DNA of 64,000 bases from an uncultured Gemmatimonadales bacterium (GTDB lineage Bacteria; Gemmatimonadota; Gemmatimonadetes; Gemmatimonadales; JACORV01), in contig CAVQXV010000003.1 in the NCBI GenBank assembly GCA_963718005.1, positions 63,708-127,707 on the forward strand, in the 5' to 3' direction. A model generated the notes under the pieces. The model was given only the letters and a program-made list of their open reading frames with translations. It had not been told where the DNA came from and searched no databases. Both the position numbers and the translations under genes were made by a program. Positions within the stretch are counted from its first letter, which is position 1. Each line of letters starts with the position of its first letter. Below, one piece after another: positions 44,919-53,692 of the stretch.

Positions 44919-44951
44919 ATACTAGGGCCCGGCGTTAGGGAGGCGTTAGGG
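44919..44951 (-). promoter_or_regulatory. shared promoter module B: tandem CCTAACG boxes plus TAGTAT
   Basis: Minus strand CCCTAACGCCTCCCTAACGCCGGGCCCTAGTAT. TAGTAT lies 64 nt before the M16 peptidase GTG (44855). Confidence 0.35.
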
Positions 44952-45046
44952 TCTCGCCGAAATGGCGGAAAGCTCGGAGGAGTGAGCCCGGGGCGGAGCG
45001 CGATGGCGCGCGGACTGGCCGCCGCCGGGCTCCGCCCCGCCGGATT

Positions 45047-45574
45047 CTAGAAGGTCACGCTCACCGTGACGTTTCCGGACTGGCCGGTGAGTGGGATCAA
45101 CGTGGCGTTGAGGCTGCCGTCCGCCGTATAGGCCTTGCCCTGCGCCGTGCTGAGGGCGTTGGAGACGCCGCTGAAGAACAGGTCGTAGGTGCCCTGCGCA
45201 CCGGTGCCACCGTTCGGGGCCGTCGCCGCCCAGATCTGCGTCGAGGCGCCGGAGCCGGTCTGCACGGTCACGCCGCCCGACGCGCCCGCGTCCGTGTTCT
45301 TGTAGTGCGTCCCGCCGGCGGGCTCACCCGTCCAGCCGATGGCCACGCTGATGCCGGCTGCGCTGACCGCGAAGCCGAATCCGCCCGTGTTGTTCGCGCT
45401 GGACCAGGCGGTCGTCGCCGGCTTGCAGTCGTAGGTCCCGGTGACGGCGCCCGAGAGCGTCACCGAGCAGGTCGGCGATTCACCCGGAGCGAGGCCGGGC
45501 GACGTGGTGGTGCCGCACGATGGACCCGCCGCCAGAGCGGCGAGCATCGCGGCGGCCAGGTTGGCCATCCGCAT
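45047..45574 (-). CDS. hypothetical secreted/lipoprotein (Gly/Thr/Ala-rich beta protein)
   Basis: Intact 175-aa ORF after an AAGGAG RBS. Hydrophobic leader ending GPSC. No family recognised. Confidence 0.45.
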   Translation of the reverse strand: MRMANLAAAMLAALAAGPSCGTTTSPGLAPGESPTCSVTLSGAVTGTYDCKPATTAWSSANNTGGFGFAVSAAGISVAIGWTGEPAGGTHYKNTDAGASGGVTVQTGSGASTQIWAATAPNGGTGAQGTYDLFFSGVSNALSTAQGKAYTADGSLNATLIPLTGQSGNVTVSVTF

Positions 45575-45609
45575 GCTGACTCCTTGTCTTGTGGTTTTGA
45601 GGGGCGCGC

Positions 45610-45638
45610 AAACTAAACGGCCGGGGTTCTCCCTACAA
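45610..45638 (-). promoter_or_regulatory. candidate promoter for lipoprotein gene 45047..45574
   Basis: Minus strand TTGTAG-N17-TAGTTT, then an AAGGAG RBS. Confidence 0.35.
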
Positions 45639-45665
45639 GTGCCGGCGAGGCCGAGCGGAGCGGCC

Positions 45666-46389
45666 TCAGCGCCGCCACGTCCAGGCGGGATCGGCGTAGG
45701 TCGCGACGAGCCGCTCGGCGGCCTGCCGCGTAGCGGGGGGCAGGGCGCCCGCCGCGGCCGGTGCGCCCCACCGCTCGGCGGCCGCGCGATGGATCGCGGC
45801 GCTCACGGCCGCCCAGTCGGCGCGCTCCGGCGGCACCAGCGCGTCGAGTCCCGTGGCGGACGGAGCGGCGGCGTCGCCGAGGGTCACGCCGGCCACCACG
45901 TCCTGGTCCGCGGCGAGCAGCACGGAGCCGTGCTGGAGGAACGCGCCGTCGCCGCGCACCTGCGCGCTGCCGACGACCTTCCCGCCCGGCGAGCGCCATC
46001 ACCTCGCCGCCCGCCGCGCTCGCGAAGCAGGCGCCGAAGCCCACGCCCTCGGCGGGCCGGTCGGCGGCGAGCAGCACCGCCGCGCCGAGGGACCCGAGCG
46101 CGCCGGCGAGCATCGCGTGAATTTCGCGGTACGTGTCGCGCAGGGAGCCGAACGTGTCGGCGGGAGCGGCGACGGCGTAGGTGACCTCGCGGTGGTGCCA
46201 CACCGCCCGGCCGCCGGTGGGGCGCCGCACGACGGCGAGGCCGCGCGCCGCGATGCGGCCGCGATCGTAGCGCCGGAGGGCGGGCTCGTTGCGCCCGAAG
46301 GAGAGGGTGGGAGGGTCCCAGGCGTAGAGCCGCAGCGTGCGGGCGCCTTCCCGCTCCGCGGCCCGGAGCAGCGCGGCGTCGAGAGCCAT
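45666..46389 (-). CDS. lplA: lipoate-protein ligase A-like (BPL/LPL catalytic domain), one frame break near 45975
   Basis: NMALDAALLRAAE...LRLYAWDPPTLSFGRNE...RRPTGGRAVWHHREVTYAV, then GDGAFLQHGSVLL in ORF 45666..45959. The start may lie further upstream (in-frame CTG 46428 after GGAAGGAG). Confidence 0.65.
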
Positions 46390-46456
46390 GTTCCACGCCC
46401 CCGACGCCGGGGGGTCAATGACAACCAGCCACTCCTTCCAACCCGGCCCCTCCCCG

Positions 46457-46602
46457 GTGAGAGGTGAGGAGTGAGACGTGAGGAGGATTCGGTGAGGGGT
46501 GAGAGGTCGAAAGGCGTGAGAGGCCGGTCCGCAGCTTCTCACGCCTTTCATCCTCTCACCCCTCACCCATCCTTCTCACCGCTCACCCCTCACTTCTCAC
46601 AC
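46457..46602. repeat. large GTGAGRG-word hairpin element (arms about 65-70 nt) abutting the P5C dehydrogenase stop
   Basis: The inner stem GGTGAGGGGTGAGAGGTCGAAAGGCGTGAGAG (46491-46522) faces CTTCTCACGCCTTTCATCCTCTCACCCCTCACC (46536-46568). The outer arms are made of further GTGAG/CTCAC words. Confidence 0.75.
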
Positions 46603-48249
46603 TTCAGCAATCAGCGTCCTGCTCTGCTCCCGCATGAACTGCTGCACGTAGTACAGGCCGCCCGCCGACTTGCCGGTGGAGCCGGAGCCCTTCCAGCCGC
46701 CGAACGGCTGCAGGCCCGGCCAGGCGCCGGTGGTGGCGCCCTGCGGCCGGTTGGCGTACACGGTGCCGGCCTCGATGTGATCGAAGAACCACTGCGACTC
46801 GCGGGCGTTCCCGTAGAAGCCCGCGGTGAGGCCGTACTCGGCGTCGTTGGCGCGGCGCATGCCCTCGTCCAGCGAATCCACCGCCGCGATCATGGTGATC
46901 GGCAGGAACATCTCCTCGCGCCACAGCCGATGGGCGGCGGGCACGTTGTCCACCAGCGTCGGGGCGCAGAAGTACCCCTTGGCCAGCGCGCCCTGCGTGA
47001 GGCGCCGGCCGCCGAACAGGATCGTCCCGGCCTGGCGCAGCTCCGCGCAGTAGTTCTCGTAGCTGCGCGCGCCGGCCGCGTTGGCCACCGGCCCGAGCCA
47101 GTTGTCGCGGATGGTGGGATCGCCGATGTTGGTCCGCTCCAGGAGCGCGAGCATCCGCGCCACGAGCTTGTCCTTGACGGACCGCTCGACGAAGATGCGC
47201 GAGGCGGCCGAGCACTTCTGGCCCTGCAACCCGAAGGCGGAGCGGTAGCACCCCAGCGCCGCCTGGTCCAGGTCGGCGTGGCGCGAGACGATGACGGCGT
47301 TCTTCCCGCCCATTTCCGCGATGCAGGGGCGCGGCCACTTGCCGCCCGCGAAACCGCGGATGATGTGCATCCCCACGTCGAACGAACCGGTGAACGTGAT
47401 GCCGTCCACGCCCGGATTGGTGATCAGCTCCTCGCCCAGGGTGCTGCCGGGTCCGGTCACGAAGTTGACCACGCCCTTGGGGAGGCCCGCGTCGAGGAAG
47501 CAGGACGCGAGGAACTGGCCGACCCACGGCGTGTCGGTGGCGGGCTTCATGACCAGGGTGTTGCCCGCGACCAGCGCGGCGCCGGCCGGGCCGCCCGACA
47601 GGGCGACCGGGAAATTCCACGGCGAGATCACGACCCATACGCCGTAGGGACGCAGCACGCTCGTGTTGGATGCCCGGAAGCCCTTGAGCGGATCTCGGCC
47701 CATGGGCACCGCGTAACCGTCGTGCTTCTCCACCTGGTCGCAGTAGTAGGCGATGAGGTCCGCCGCCTCCTGCACGTCGCCCAGGGCCTCCATCCGGTTC
47801 TTCCCCACCTCCAGCGCACACACGGCGGCGAACTCGAACACGCGCCGGTTGATCAGGGCCGCGGCGGCGCGCAGGTAGCGCACCCGCTTCTGCCACGGCA
47901 GCGCGCTCCATGCCGGGAAGGCGGCGCGCGCGGCGGCGATGGCCGCCTTGGCGTCGGCCGGGCTGCCCTTCTGGAAGCGGCCGAGGAGGCATTCGGTGTC
48001 GATCGGGCTGCGGTCCTCGAACTTCTCCGGCGCGAGGACCTTCTCGCCGTTGATGTACATGGGGTACTCACGACCGAGGCCGCTCTTGACCTTGGCCAGC
48101 GCCGTTTCGAAGCTCCGGTGCAGCTCTTCCGGCGGATCGAACATGGTGGCGTACGTGAGATGGAAGGGCGCCCGCTTCTTCGGGGCTACCTTCTTGGCGT
48201 TCTTGGACTTAGCAGGCACGGGAATTCCCCGGACGTTCGGGTGGGCCAA
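46597..48249 (-). CDS. L-glutamate gamma-semialdehyde (1-pyrroline-5-carboxylate) dehydrogenase
   Basis: Intact 550 aa. Aldehyde dehydrogenase motifs VISPWNFP, EMGGKNA, GQKCSA, and a P5CDH-type C-terminus QPFGGWKGSGSTGK. Confidence 0.8.
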   Translation of the reverse strand: MAHPNVRGIPVPAKSKNAKKVAPKKRAPFHLTYATMFDPPEELHRSFETALAKVKSGLGREYPMYINGEKVLAPEKFEDRSPIDTECLLGRFQKGSPADAKAAIAAARAAFPAWSALPWQKRVRYLRAAAALINRRVFEFAAVCALEVGKNRMEALGDVQEAADLIAYYCDQVEKHDGYAVPMGRDPLKGFRASNTSVLRPYGVWVVISPWNFPVALSGGPAGAALVAGNTLVMKPATDTPWVGQFLASCFLDAGLPKGVVNFVTGPGSTLGEELITNPGVDGITFTGSFDVGMHIIRGFAGGKWPRPCIAEMGGKNAVIVSRHADLDQAALGCYRSAFGLQGQKCSAASRIFVERSVKDKLVARMLALLERTNIGDPTIRDNWLGPVANAAGARSYENYCAELRQAGTILFGGRRLTQGALAKGYFCAPTLVDNVPAAHRLWREEMFLPITMIAAVDSLDEGMRRANDAEYGLTAGFYGNARESQWFFDHIEAGTVYANRPQGATTGAWPGLQPFGGWKGSGSTGKSAGGLYYVQQFMREQSRTLIAEV

Positions 48250-48267
48250 TCGCTTCCAGCGGCTAGA

Positions 48268-48297
48268 ACTCTAGCAGATTGCAGGCCAGCGCGACAA
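48268..48297 (-). promoter_or_regulatory. candidate promoter/operator upstream of P5C dehydrogenase
   Basis: Minus strand TTGTCG-N18-TAGAGT. The -10 sits inside a CTAGA-N2-TCTAG inverted repeat. Confidence 0.3.
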
Positions 48298-48310
48298 GAT
48301 CGCCCTCGCC

Positions 48311-48973
48311 TCACGCGCCGACCGACAGGGCGATCAGCAGCTGCGCCGCCCAGTACGCCGCGAGCTCGAGCTCGTGGGCGCCGCGAAACGGGCGGCGGAA
48401 GCGGCGGACGGTGAGCACCATGTCGGAGGCGACGAACAGGCAGGCGCCGATCAGCGCGAGCGCGAAGCCCGTGCGGCCGATGGCCGGAGCCTGCGCGCGC
48501 ATCGCGGCGCGCCAGCCCATGGCGCTGATGGCCGCCACGTAGCACAGCACGGCCGGCTTGAACCGGCCCAGGCCGCGCCACGCGTACGCGACGACGGCGC
48601 CACACGCCAGGAGCCAGGGCGCGAGCCACGGCAGTTGCCGCGCGGCGATGGGACTGCCGAGGCTGAACGCCGCGAGGTAGACCAGGTGCGCGAGGAGGAA
48701 GGCCGCCAGCGCGGCGCCGAAGCGCTCGGCCGGCAGGACGAGGAGCAGGTCACCCGACAGGGACAGCGCCAGGGCCAGCACGATGAGGCCGCGGTACGGC
48801 TGGCCGCCCGGCTGCACGAGCCAGGCGGCGCCGATGAGGATGATGAAGGTCGTGAGCGGCTTGAAGAAGGTGAAGCCCGGACGATCGCCGCGCGCCGCCG
48901 CGACGATGGCGAACCCGGCCGCAATGGCGACGGCGGCGACGAACAGCAGGGTCGAAGGGTGGATCATCGGCAC
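48311..48973 (-). CDS. YhhN-family membrane protein (lysoplasmalogenase-like)
   Basis: Intact 220 aa with about 7 TM segments. LSLSGDLLL and FVASDMVL motifs of the YhhN family. Confidence 0.7.
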   Translation of the reverse strand: MPMIHPSTLLFVAAVAIAAGFAIVAAARGDRPGFTFFKPLTTFIILIGAAWLVQPGGQPYRGLIVLALALSLSGDLLLVLPAERFGAALAAFLLAHLVYLAAFSLGSPIAARQLPWLAPWLLACGAVVAYAWRGLGRFKPAVLCYVAAISAMGWRAAMRAQAPAIGRTGFALALIGACLFVASDMVLTVRRFRRPFRGAHELELAAYWAAQLLIALSVGA

Positions 48974-48985
48974 CCTGCGACGCCG

Positions 48986-50467
48986 CTACTTCCCGAACGC
49001 GTATCTCACGTTCGGATTCCTGGCGGCCGCCGCCTCGTCGAACCGGCTCACCGGCGTCAGCCGCGGCGCGCCGGTCACCAGCTCCGGCGTCTTCTCCGCC
49101 TCGGCGGCGATCGTCAGCATCGTGTCGGCGAAACGGTCCAGCTCGTCCTTGGTGGCCGTCTCGGTCGGCTCGATCATCAGCGCCTCGTGCACGATCAGCG
49201 GGAAGTAGATCGTGGGCGCGTGGAAGCCGTAATCGAGGAGCCGCTTGGCGATGTCCAGCGTCTTGACGCCGTACTTCTCCTTGAAGGGCGTGCCGGTGGC
49301 CACGCACTCGTGCAGCCCGCGCCCGAACGGCATCGGGTACTTGGACTCGATGCGCGCCGCCACGTAGTTCGCGTTGAGCACGGCGGCCTGCGCCGTCTCG
49401 CGGATGCCCTCGCGCCCCAGCATCGAGATGTAGGTGTAGGCGCGCACCATCATGCCGAAGTTGCCGGCGTAGCCGTGCAGCTTGCCGATGCTCTGCGGTC
49501 GGTCCCACAGCCGCACGTAGCGGTCGCCGTCCTTCGCGACGACGGGGACGGGCAGGAACGGCTCGAGGTGCTTCTTCACGGCGACCGGGCCGGCGCCGGG
49601 GCCGCCGCCGCCGTGCGGCGTCGAGAACGTCTTGTGGAGGTTGAAGTGCATCGCGTCGGCGCCGCAGTCGCCGGGGCGCACCACGCCCATCAGGGCGTTC
49701 ATGTTGGCGCCGTCGATATAGAGCAGAGCGCCCGCGTCGTGGACGAGCTTGGCGATCTCCGCCACCTCGGTCTCGAACCGGCCCACGGTGTTGGGGAGCG
49801 TGAGCATCAGGGCGGCGGTGTCGGGGCCGAGCGCGGCCTTGAGGGTCGCGAGGTCCATCTGGCCGCGCGCGTCGGACGTGATCGCCCTGACGGTGAAACC
49901 GGCCAGCGCCGCGGTGGCCGGGTTGGTGCCGTGGGCGCTGTCGGGGATGATGACCGTCTTGCGCGCCGCGTCCTTGCGGGCGCGGTGGTAGGCGGCGATG
50001 AGGAAGATCCCGGTCATCTCGCCCTGCGCCCCGGCGGCGGGCTGGAGCGTGATCGCGTCCATGCCGGCGATGTCCTTGAGCCACTCGCCGAGGGTGTGGA
50101 TCAGCCGCAGCGCGCCCTGGCACGCCGCGTCGGGCGTGAAGGGGTGCAGCGCCGCGAAGCCCGGCAGCCGCGCCATGTCCTCGTTGACCTTGGGGTTGTA
50201 CTTCATGGTGCACGACCCCAGGGGATACAGGGCCCGGTCCACGTGGTGGTTCTTGAGCGACAGCTCCACGAAGTGCCGCATCACCTCGAATTCCGGCACC
50301 TCCGGCAGGCGCGGCGCGTCCTTGCGCAGCGCGGCGGCCGGCAGCACGTCGGACGCGCGCTTGGCGGTGATGGGCTTGGGCACGCGCGTGCCGCCGCGTC
50401 CGGCCTTCGAGCGCTCGAAGATCAGGGGCGTGGGGTTCGGGTTCAGCGGGAACGGCTGCATGGGCAT
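48986..50467 (-). CDS. gcvPB: glycine dehydrogenase (decarboxylating) subunit 2
   Basis: Intact 493 aa. MRHFVELSLKN, CTMKYNPK, HFNLHKTFSTPHGGGGPGAGP (PLP lysine region). Confidence 0.9.
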   Translation of the reverse strand: MPMQPFPLNPNPTPLIFERSKAGRGGTRVPKPITAKRASDVLPAAALRKDAPRLPEVPEFEVMRHFVELSLKNHHVDRALYPLGSCTMKYNPKVNEDMARLPGFAALHPFTPDAACQGALRLIHTLGEWLKDIAGMDAITLQPAAGAQGEMTGIFLIAAYHRARKDAARKTVIIPDSAHGTNPATAALAGFTVRAITSDARGQMDLATLKAALGPDTAALMLTLPNTVGRFETEVAEIAKLVHDAGALLYIDGANMNALMGVVRPGDCGADAMHFNLHKTFSTPHGGGGPGAGPVAVKKHLEPFLPVPVVAKDGDRYVRLWDRPQSIGKLHGYAGNFGMMVRAYTYISMLGREGIRETAQAAVLNANYVAARIESKYPMPFGRGLHECVATGTPFKEKYGVKTLDIAKRLLDYGFHAPTIYFPLIVHEALMIEPTETATKDELDRFADTMLTIAAEAEKTPELVTGAPRLTPVSRFDEAAAARNPNVRYAFGK

Positions 50468-50470
50468 CCC

Positions 50471-51154
50471 CTAAAAGTCGAATGACTGGCCGGGCCGGAG
50501 CACGGCCACGCGGGCCATGGCGCCGACGGCCTTCACGAACGGCTGCGGGTCCTGCTCGAGCACCGGGAAGGTGCCCCAGTGCATCGGAATCGCGACCTTC
50601 GGCTTGACGAACGACACCGCGCGCGCCGCGTCCTCGGTCCCCATCGTGAAGTTGTCGCCGATCGGGACCAGCATCACGTCCACGCGCCCCTCGAGGAGCT
50701 GCATGTCCAGCGTCAGCGCCGTGTCGCCGGCGTGGTAGACGCTCCGGCCGCCCACGGTGACGACGTAGCCGCACGGCACGGTGGTGTGGCGCCCGGTCTC
50801 GTCGCCCTCGACGCCGCCGCCGTGGATGGCGGCCACCAGCTTCACCCGGCCGAACGGAAAGTCGCGCGCGCCGCCGATGTGCATCGGGTGCACGTTGGGC
50901 GCGCCGGCCTCGGCGCAGAACGTCGCCAGCTCGTAGGGCGCCACCACCGCGGCCTGGTGCAGCTTGGCCAGTGGGATCGCGTCGCCCAGGTGGTCGCCGT
51001 GACCGTGGGTGAGCAGGATCGCGTCCATCTTCGGCAGCGCCGCGGCCTCCACGTCGGCCACCGGGTTGCCGGTGAGGAACGGGTCGAACAGGATGCGGCG
51101 GCCGCCGTGCTCGAGCACGAAGCAGGCGTGTCCGTGGAACGTGAGGGTGGGCAC
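50471..51154 (-). CDS. metal-dependent hydrolase, UPF0173 family (metallo-beta-lactamase fold)
   Basis: Intact 227 aa. TFHGHACFVLE...ILFDPFLTGNP...LLTHGHGDHLGD...IPMHWGTFP. Confidence 0.75.
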   Translation of the reverse strand: MPTLTFHGHACFVLEHGGRRILFDPFLTGNPVADVEAAALPKMDAILLTHGHGDHLGDAIPLAKLHQAAVVAPYELATFCAEAGAPNVHPMHIGGARDFPFGRVKLVAAIHGGGVEGDETGRHTTVPCGYVVTVGGRSVYHAGDTALTLDMQLLEGRVDVMLVPIGDNFTMGTEDAARAVSFVKPKVAIPMHWGTFPVLEQDPQPFVKAVGAMARVAVLRPGQSFDF

Positions 51155-51170
51155 GATGCCGCTCGGGTCC

Positions 51171-52511
51171 TCAGACCTGCTTCAGGACGTCCACGAGCCG
51201 CTGGACGTCCTCGGCCGTGCGCTTCTCGGTCGCGGCGATCAGCAGCGCGTGGCCGTCCTCCATCGGCGAGGCGAACCGGTCCAGCGCCACGCCGGGCAGC
51301 ACGCCCAGGGCCGCGGCCCGGTGCACGATCTCGGCCGCGGGCTTGGGCGTCTTCACGGCGAATTCGTGGAAGAACGGCCCGCCGGGGCAGAGCGGCGCGT
51401 AGCCCTTGATCTTCGTGACGGCGTCGAAGGCGGCGTGGGCGTTGACGCACGACGCCTCGGCCACGCCCTTCAGGCCCTCCAGGCCGACGGTGGCGAGATA
51501 CACCGTGGCGGCCAGCGCCAGCAGGCCCTGGTTGGTGCAGATGTTGCTCGTCGCCTTCTCGCGGCGGATGTGCTGCTCGCGGGTCTGGAGCGTGAGGACG
51601 AAGCCGCGGCGGCCGTCGTGGTCCGTGGCGACGCCCACGATGCGGCCGGGCATGTGGCGGATGAACTCGTTCTTCGCCGCGAAGATGCCCAGCACCGGTC
51701 CCCCGAAGCTCATCGGGATGCCGAGCGGCTGCCCCTCGGCCACCGCGACGTCGGCGCCGCAGGCGCCGGGACTCTTGAGCAGGGCGGCGGCCACCGGATT
51801 GAACACCACGACCAGCAGCGCGCCGGCGGCGTGCGCGGCCGCGGCGGCCGCCTCGAGGTCCTCGATGACGCCGAGGAAGTTGGGTTGCTGCACCACGAGG
51901 CAGGAGGCGTCGCCCAGCAGCTTGCCGGTCGCCGCGAGATCGAGCGTGCCGTCGGCCTTGCGCGGCGCCTCCGCGATCGTGCGGCCGGTGGCGCCGATGT
52001 AGGTCTCCGTGACGCGCCGGTAGTGCGGGTGCACCGTGTGCGCCATCACGACCGAGCGCCGCTCCTTCTTCACGCTGCCGGCCAGGATGGCGGCCTCGGC
52101 GCAGGCGCTGGCGCCGTCGTACATGGACGCGTTCGCCACGTCCATCCCCGACAGCTCGCACATCAGCGTCTGGAATTCGTAGATGACCTGCAGGGTGCCC
52201 TGCGACACCTCGGGCTGGTAGGGCGTGTAGGCCGTGTAGAACTCGGAGCGCCGCAGCACGTGGTCCACGATGGACGGGATCCAGTGGTCGTACATGCCGG
52301 CGCCCGCGAAGCAGATCAGCGGCGGGTCGGCGGCGGCCACGGCGCTGACGTTGCGGACCGTGTCCCACTCGGGCTGCGCCTCCGGCACGGCGAGCGGCCG
52401 GCCCGAGCGCAACGCGGCGGGAATGGCGGCGAACAACTCGTCCAGAGAGGCGACGCCGATCGTCTGCAGCATCTCGCGGACGTCGGCCGGGCTGTGCGGT
52501 ACGTAGGACAT
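51171..52511 (-). CDS. gcvPA: glycine dehydrogenase (decarboxylating) subunit 1
   Basis: Intact 446 aa. SYVPHSPADVREML, FAGAGMYDHWIPS, TAYTPYQPEVSQGTLQ, QTREQHIRREKATSNICTNQ. Confidence 0.9.
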   Translation of the reverse strand: MSYVPHSPADVREMLQTIGVASLDELFAAIPAALRSGRPLAVPEAQPEWDTVRNVSAVAAADPPLICFAGAGMYDHWIPSIVDHVLRRSEFYTAYTPYQPEVSQGTLQVIYEFQTLMCELSGMDVANASMYDGASACAEAAILAGSVKKERRSVVMAHTVHPHYRRVTETYIGATGRTIAEAPRKADGTLDLAATGKLLGDASCLVVQQPNFLGVIEDLEAAAAAAHAAGALLVVVFNPVAAALLKSPGACGADVAVAEGQPLGIPMSFGGPVLGIFAAKNEFIRHMPGRIVGVATDHDGRRGFVLTLQTREQHIRREKATSNICTNQGLLALAATVYLATVGLEGLKGVAEASCVNAHAAFDAVTKIKGYAPLCPGGPFFHEFAVKTPKPAAEIVHRAAALGVLPGVALDRFASPMEDGHALLIAATEKRTAEDVQRLVDVLKQV

Positions 52512-52571
52512 GGGACGTCGAGGCTGAGGGAGAATGTGCAGCGCCCCGGGGTCTGGCCCGGGGCGCGGTGG

Positions 52572-52961
52572 CTACTGGCCGATGTGCGCCGCGTATTCCG
52601 CGGGGCCCAGCAGCTCCTCCAGTTCCGCGGGATTGCCGACCTTGAGGCGGATCATCCACCCGCCGCCGTACGGGTCCTTGTTGATCACCGAGGGATCGCC
52701 TTCGATGGCGCCGTTCACGTCGACCACTTCGCCGGCGACGGGGCAGAACAGCTCGGAGACGGCCTTCACGGCCTCGATGGTGCCGAACGGCTCCATCTTG
52801 CCGAACTTGGCGCCGGGCTTGGGCAGCTCGACGTAGACCACGTCGCCCAGCTCGCCCTGGGCGTAGTCCGTGATCCCGATCTCGACGACCCCGGGCTTGC
52901 CGGTCTGGTGGACGTATTCGTGCTCTTCGGTATAGACGAGATCATCGGGAATCTTCGACAT
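52572..52961 (-). CDS. gcvH: glycine cleavage system protein H
   Basis: MSKIPDDLVYTEEHEYV...GITDYAQGELGDVVYVELP...IEAVKAVSEL (lipoyl-lysine motif)...GGGWMIRLKV. Confidence 0.9.
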   Translation of the reverse strand: MSKIPDDLVYTEEHEYVHQTGKPGVVEIGITDYAQGELGDVVYVELPKPGAKFGKMEPFGTIEAVKAVSELFCPVAGEVVDVNGAIEGDPSVINKDPYGGGWMIRLKVGNPAELEELLGPAEYAAHIGQ

Positions 52962-53001
52962 CGGGGCTCCAGCTGCTGCGAGGGTTCTTGGCGGCCGCCC
53001 A

Positions 53002-53030
53002 AGGGTATTTCGGGTATCGGCCAGTGTCAA
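53002..53030 (-). promoter_or_regulatory. candidate promoter for the gcvH operon
   Basis: On the minus strand, TTGACA-N17-TACCCT, directly after the coaE terminator and about 40 nt before the gcvH ATG. Confidence 0.35.
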
Positions 53031-53033
53031 GCG

Positions 53034-53057
53034 AAAAGCGCGCCGTGGCGCGGCGCG
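53034..53057 (-). terminator. intrinsic terminator after coaE
   Basis: Minus strand CGCGCCG-CGCCA-CGGCGCG followed by CTTTTC, 10 nt after the coaE stop. Confidence 0.45.
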
Positions 53058-53066
53058 GACGGCGGC

Positions 53067-53692
53067 CTAGCGGCGGGCGCTGCGGCGCCGCGCCAGCTCG
53101 GTCTCGAGCGCGGCCCACGCCGAGCGCGCGAGCGCCTCGAGCGCCTCCACCGAGCCGTCGTTGTCGATCACGATCTGGCTGCGGGCGCGCTTGAGGCCGC
53201 TCGGCAGCTGGGCCGCCATCACGTCGCGCGCCTCGTCCTCCGAGTAGCCGCGCAACTCCATGAGGCGCCGCCGCCGGGTCTCCTCCGGCGCGTCCACCAG
53301 CACGACCACGTCCCAGGCCGCCGGGTCGAGCACCTCGAAGAGCAGGGGGATGTCGGAGACCACGATGGCGGCGCCGGCGCGCGCGCGCGATCTCGAGCCG
53401 CTCCGCGTGCAGCCGCATCACCTCCGGATGCACGATGGCGTTGAGGACGGCGCGGCGCTCGTCGTCGCCCATCACGCGGCGCCGGAGCAGCGCCCGGTCG
53501 AGCGAGCCGTCGGGCCGCCGCAGGTCGCCGCCGAACCGGGCGAAGATCGAGGCCAGCGCCGGCTTGCCGGGCTCGACCACCACGCGCGCCAGAGCGATCC
53601 ACGTCCACCACCGCGGCGCCCCAGCGCGCGAAGTGCGCCAGCACCGTGCTCTTGCCCGCGGCGACGTTGCCAGTCAGAGCGACGGAGAGCAT
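53067..53692 (-). CDS. coaE: dephospho-CoA kinase, two frame breaks
   Basis: [18 protein letters not shown]-loop, IVHPEV, then DIPLLFEVLD...VVLVDAPEETRRRRL in ORF 53067..53363. Length is 3n+2. The ATG overlaps the tdk stop. Confidence 0.75.

Noticed and set aside
46457-46602. Possible CRISPR array or minisatellite (short repeated words here and at 21511-21580)
   Set aside because: The units are only 7-8 nt, contiguous and degenerate, with no unique spacers. The two halves are inverted copies forming a hairpin, and no cas genes are in the window.
50471-51154. Metallo-beta-lactamase-fold gene as an antibiotic-resistance determinant
   Set aside because: It has the UPF0173 pattern (HGHACF...THGHGDH...MHWGTFP), lacks a signal peptide, and is embedded in the gcv operon. 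It is a cytoplasmic hydrolase of unknown substrate, not a secreted beta-lactamase.
52962-53033. Glycine riboswitch upstream of gcvH
   Set aside because: Only about 70 nt separate coaE and gcvH. That space is taken up by a terminator hairpin and a promoter-like TTGACA-N17-TACCCT. There is no room for, and no sign of, tandem glycine aptamers.
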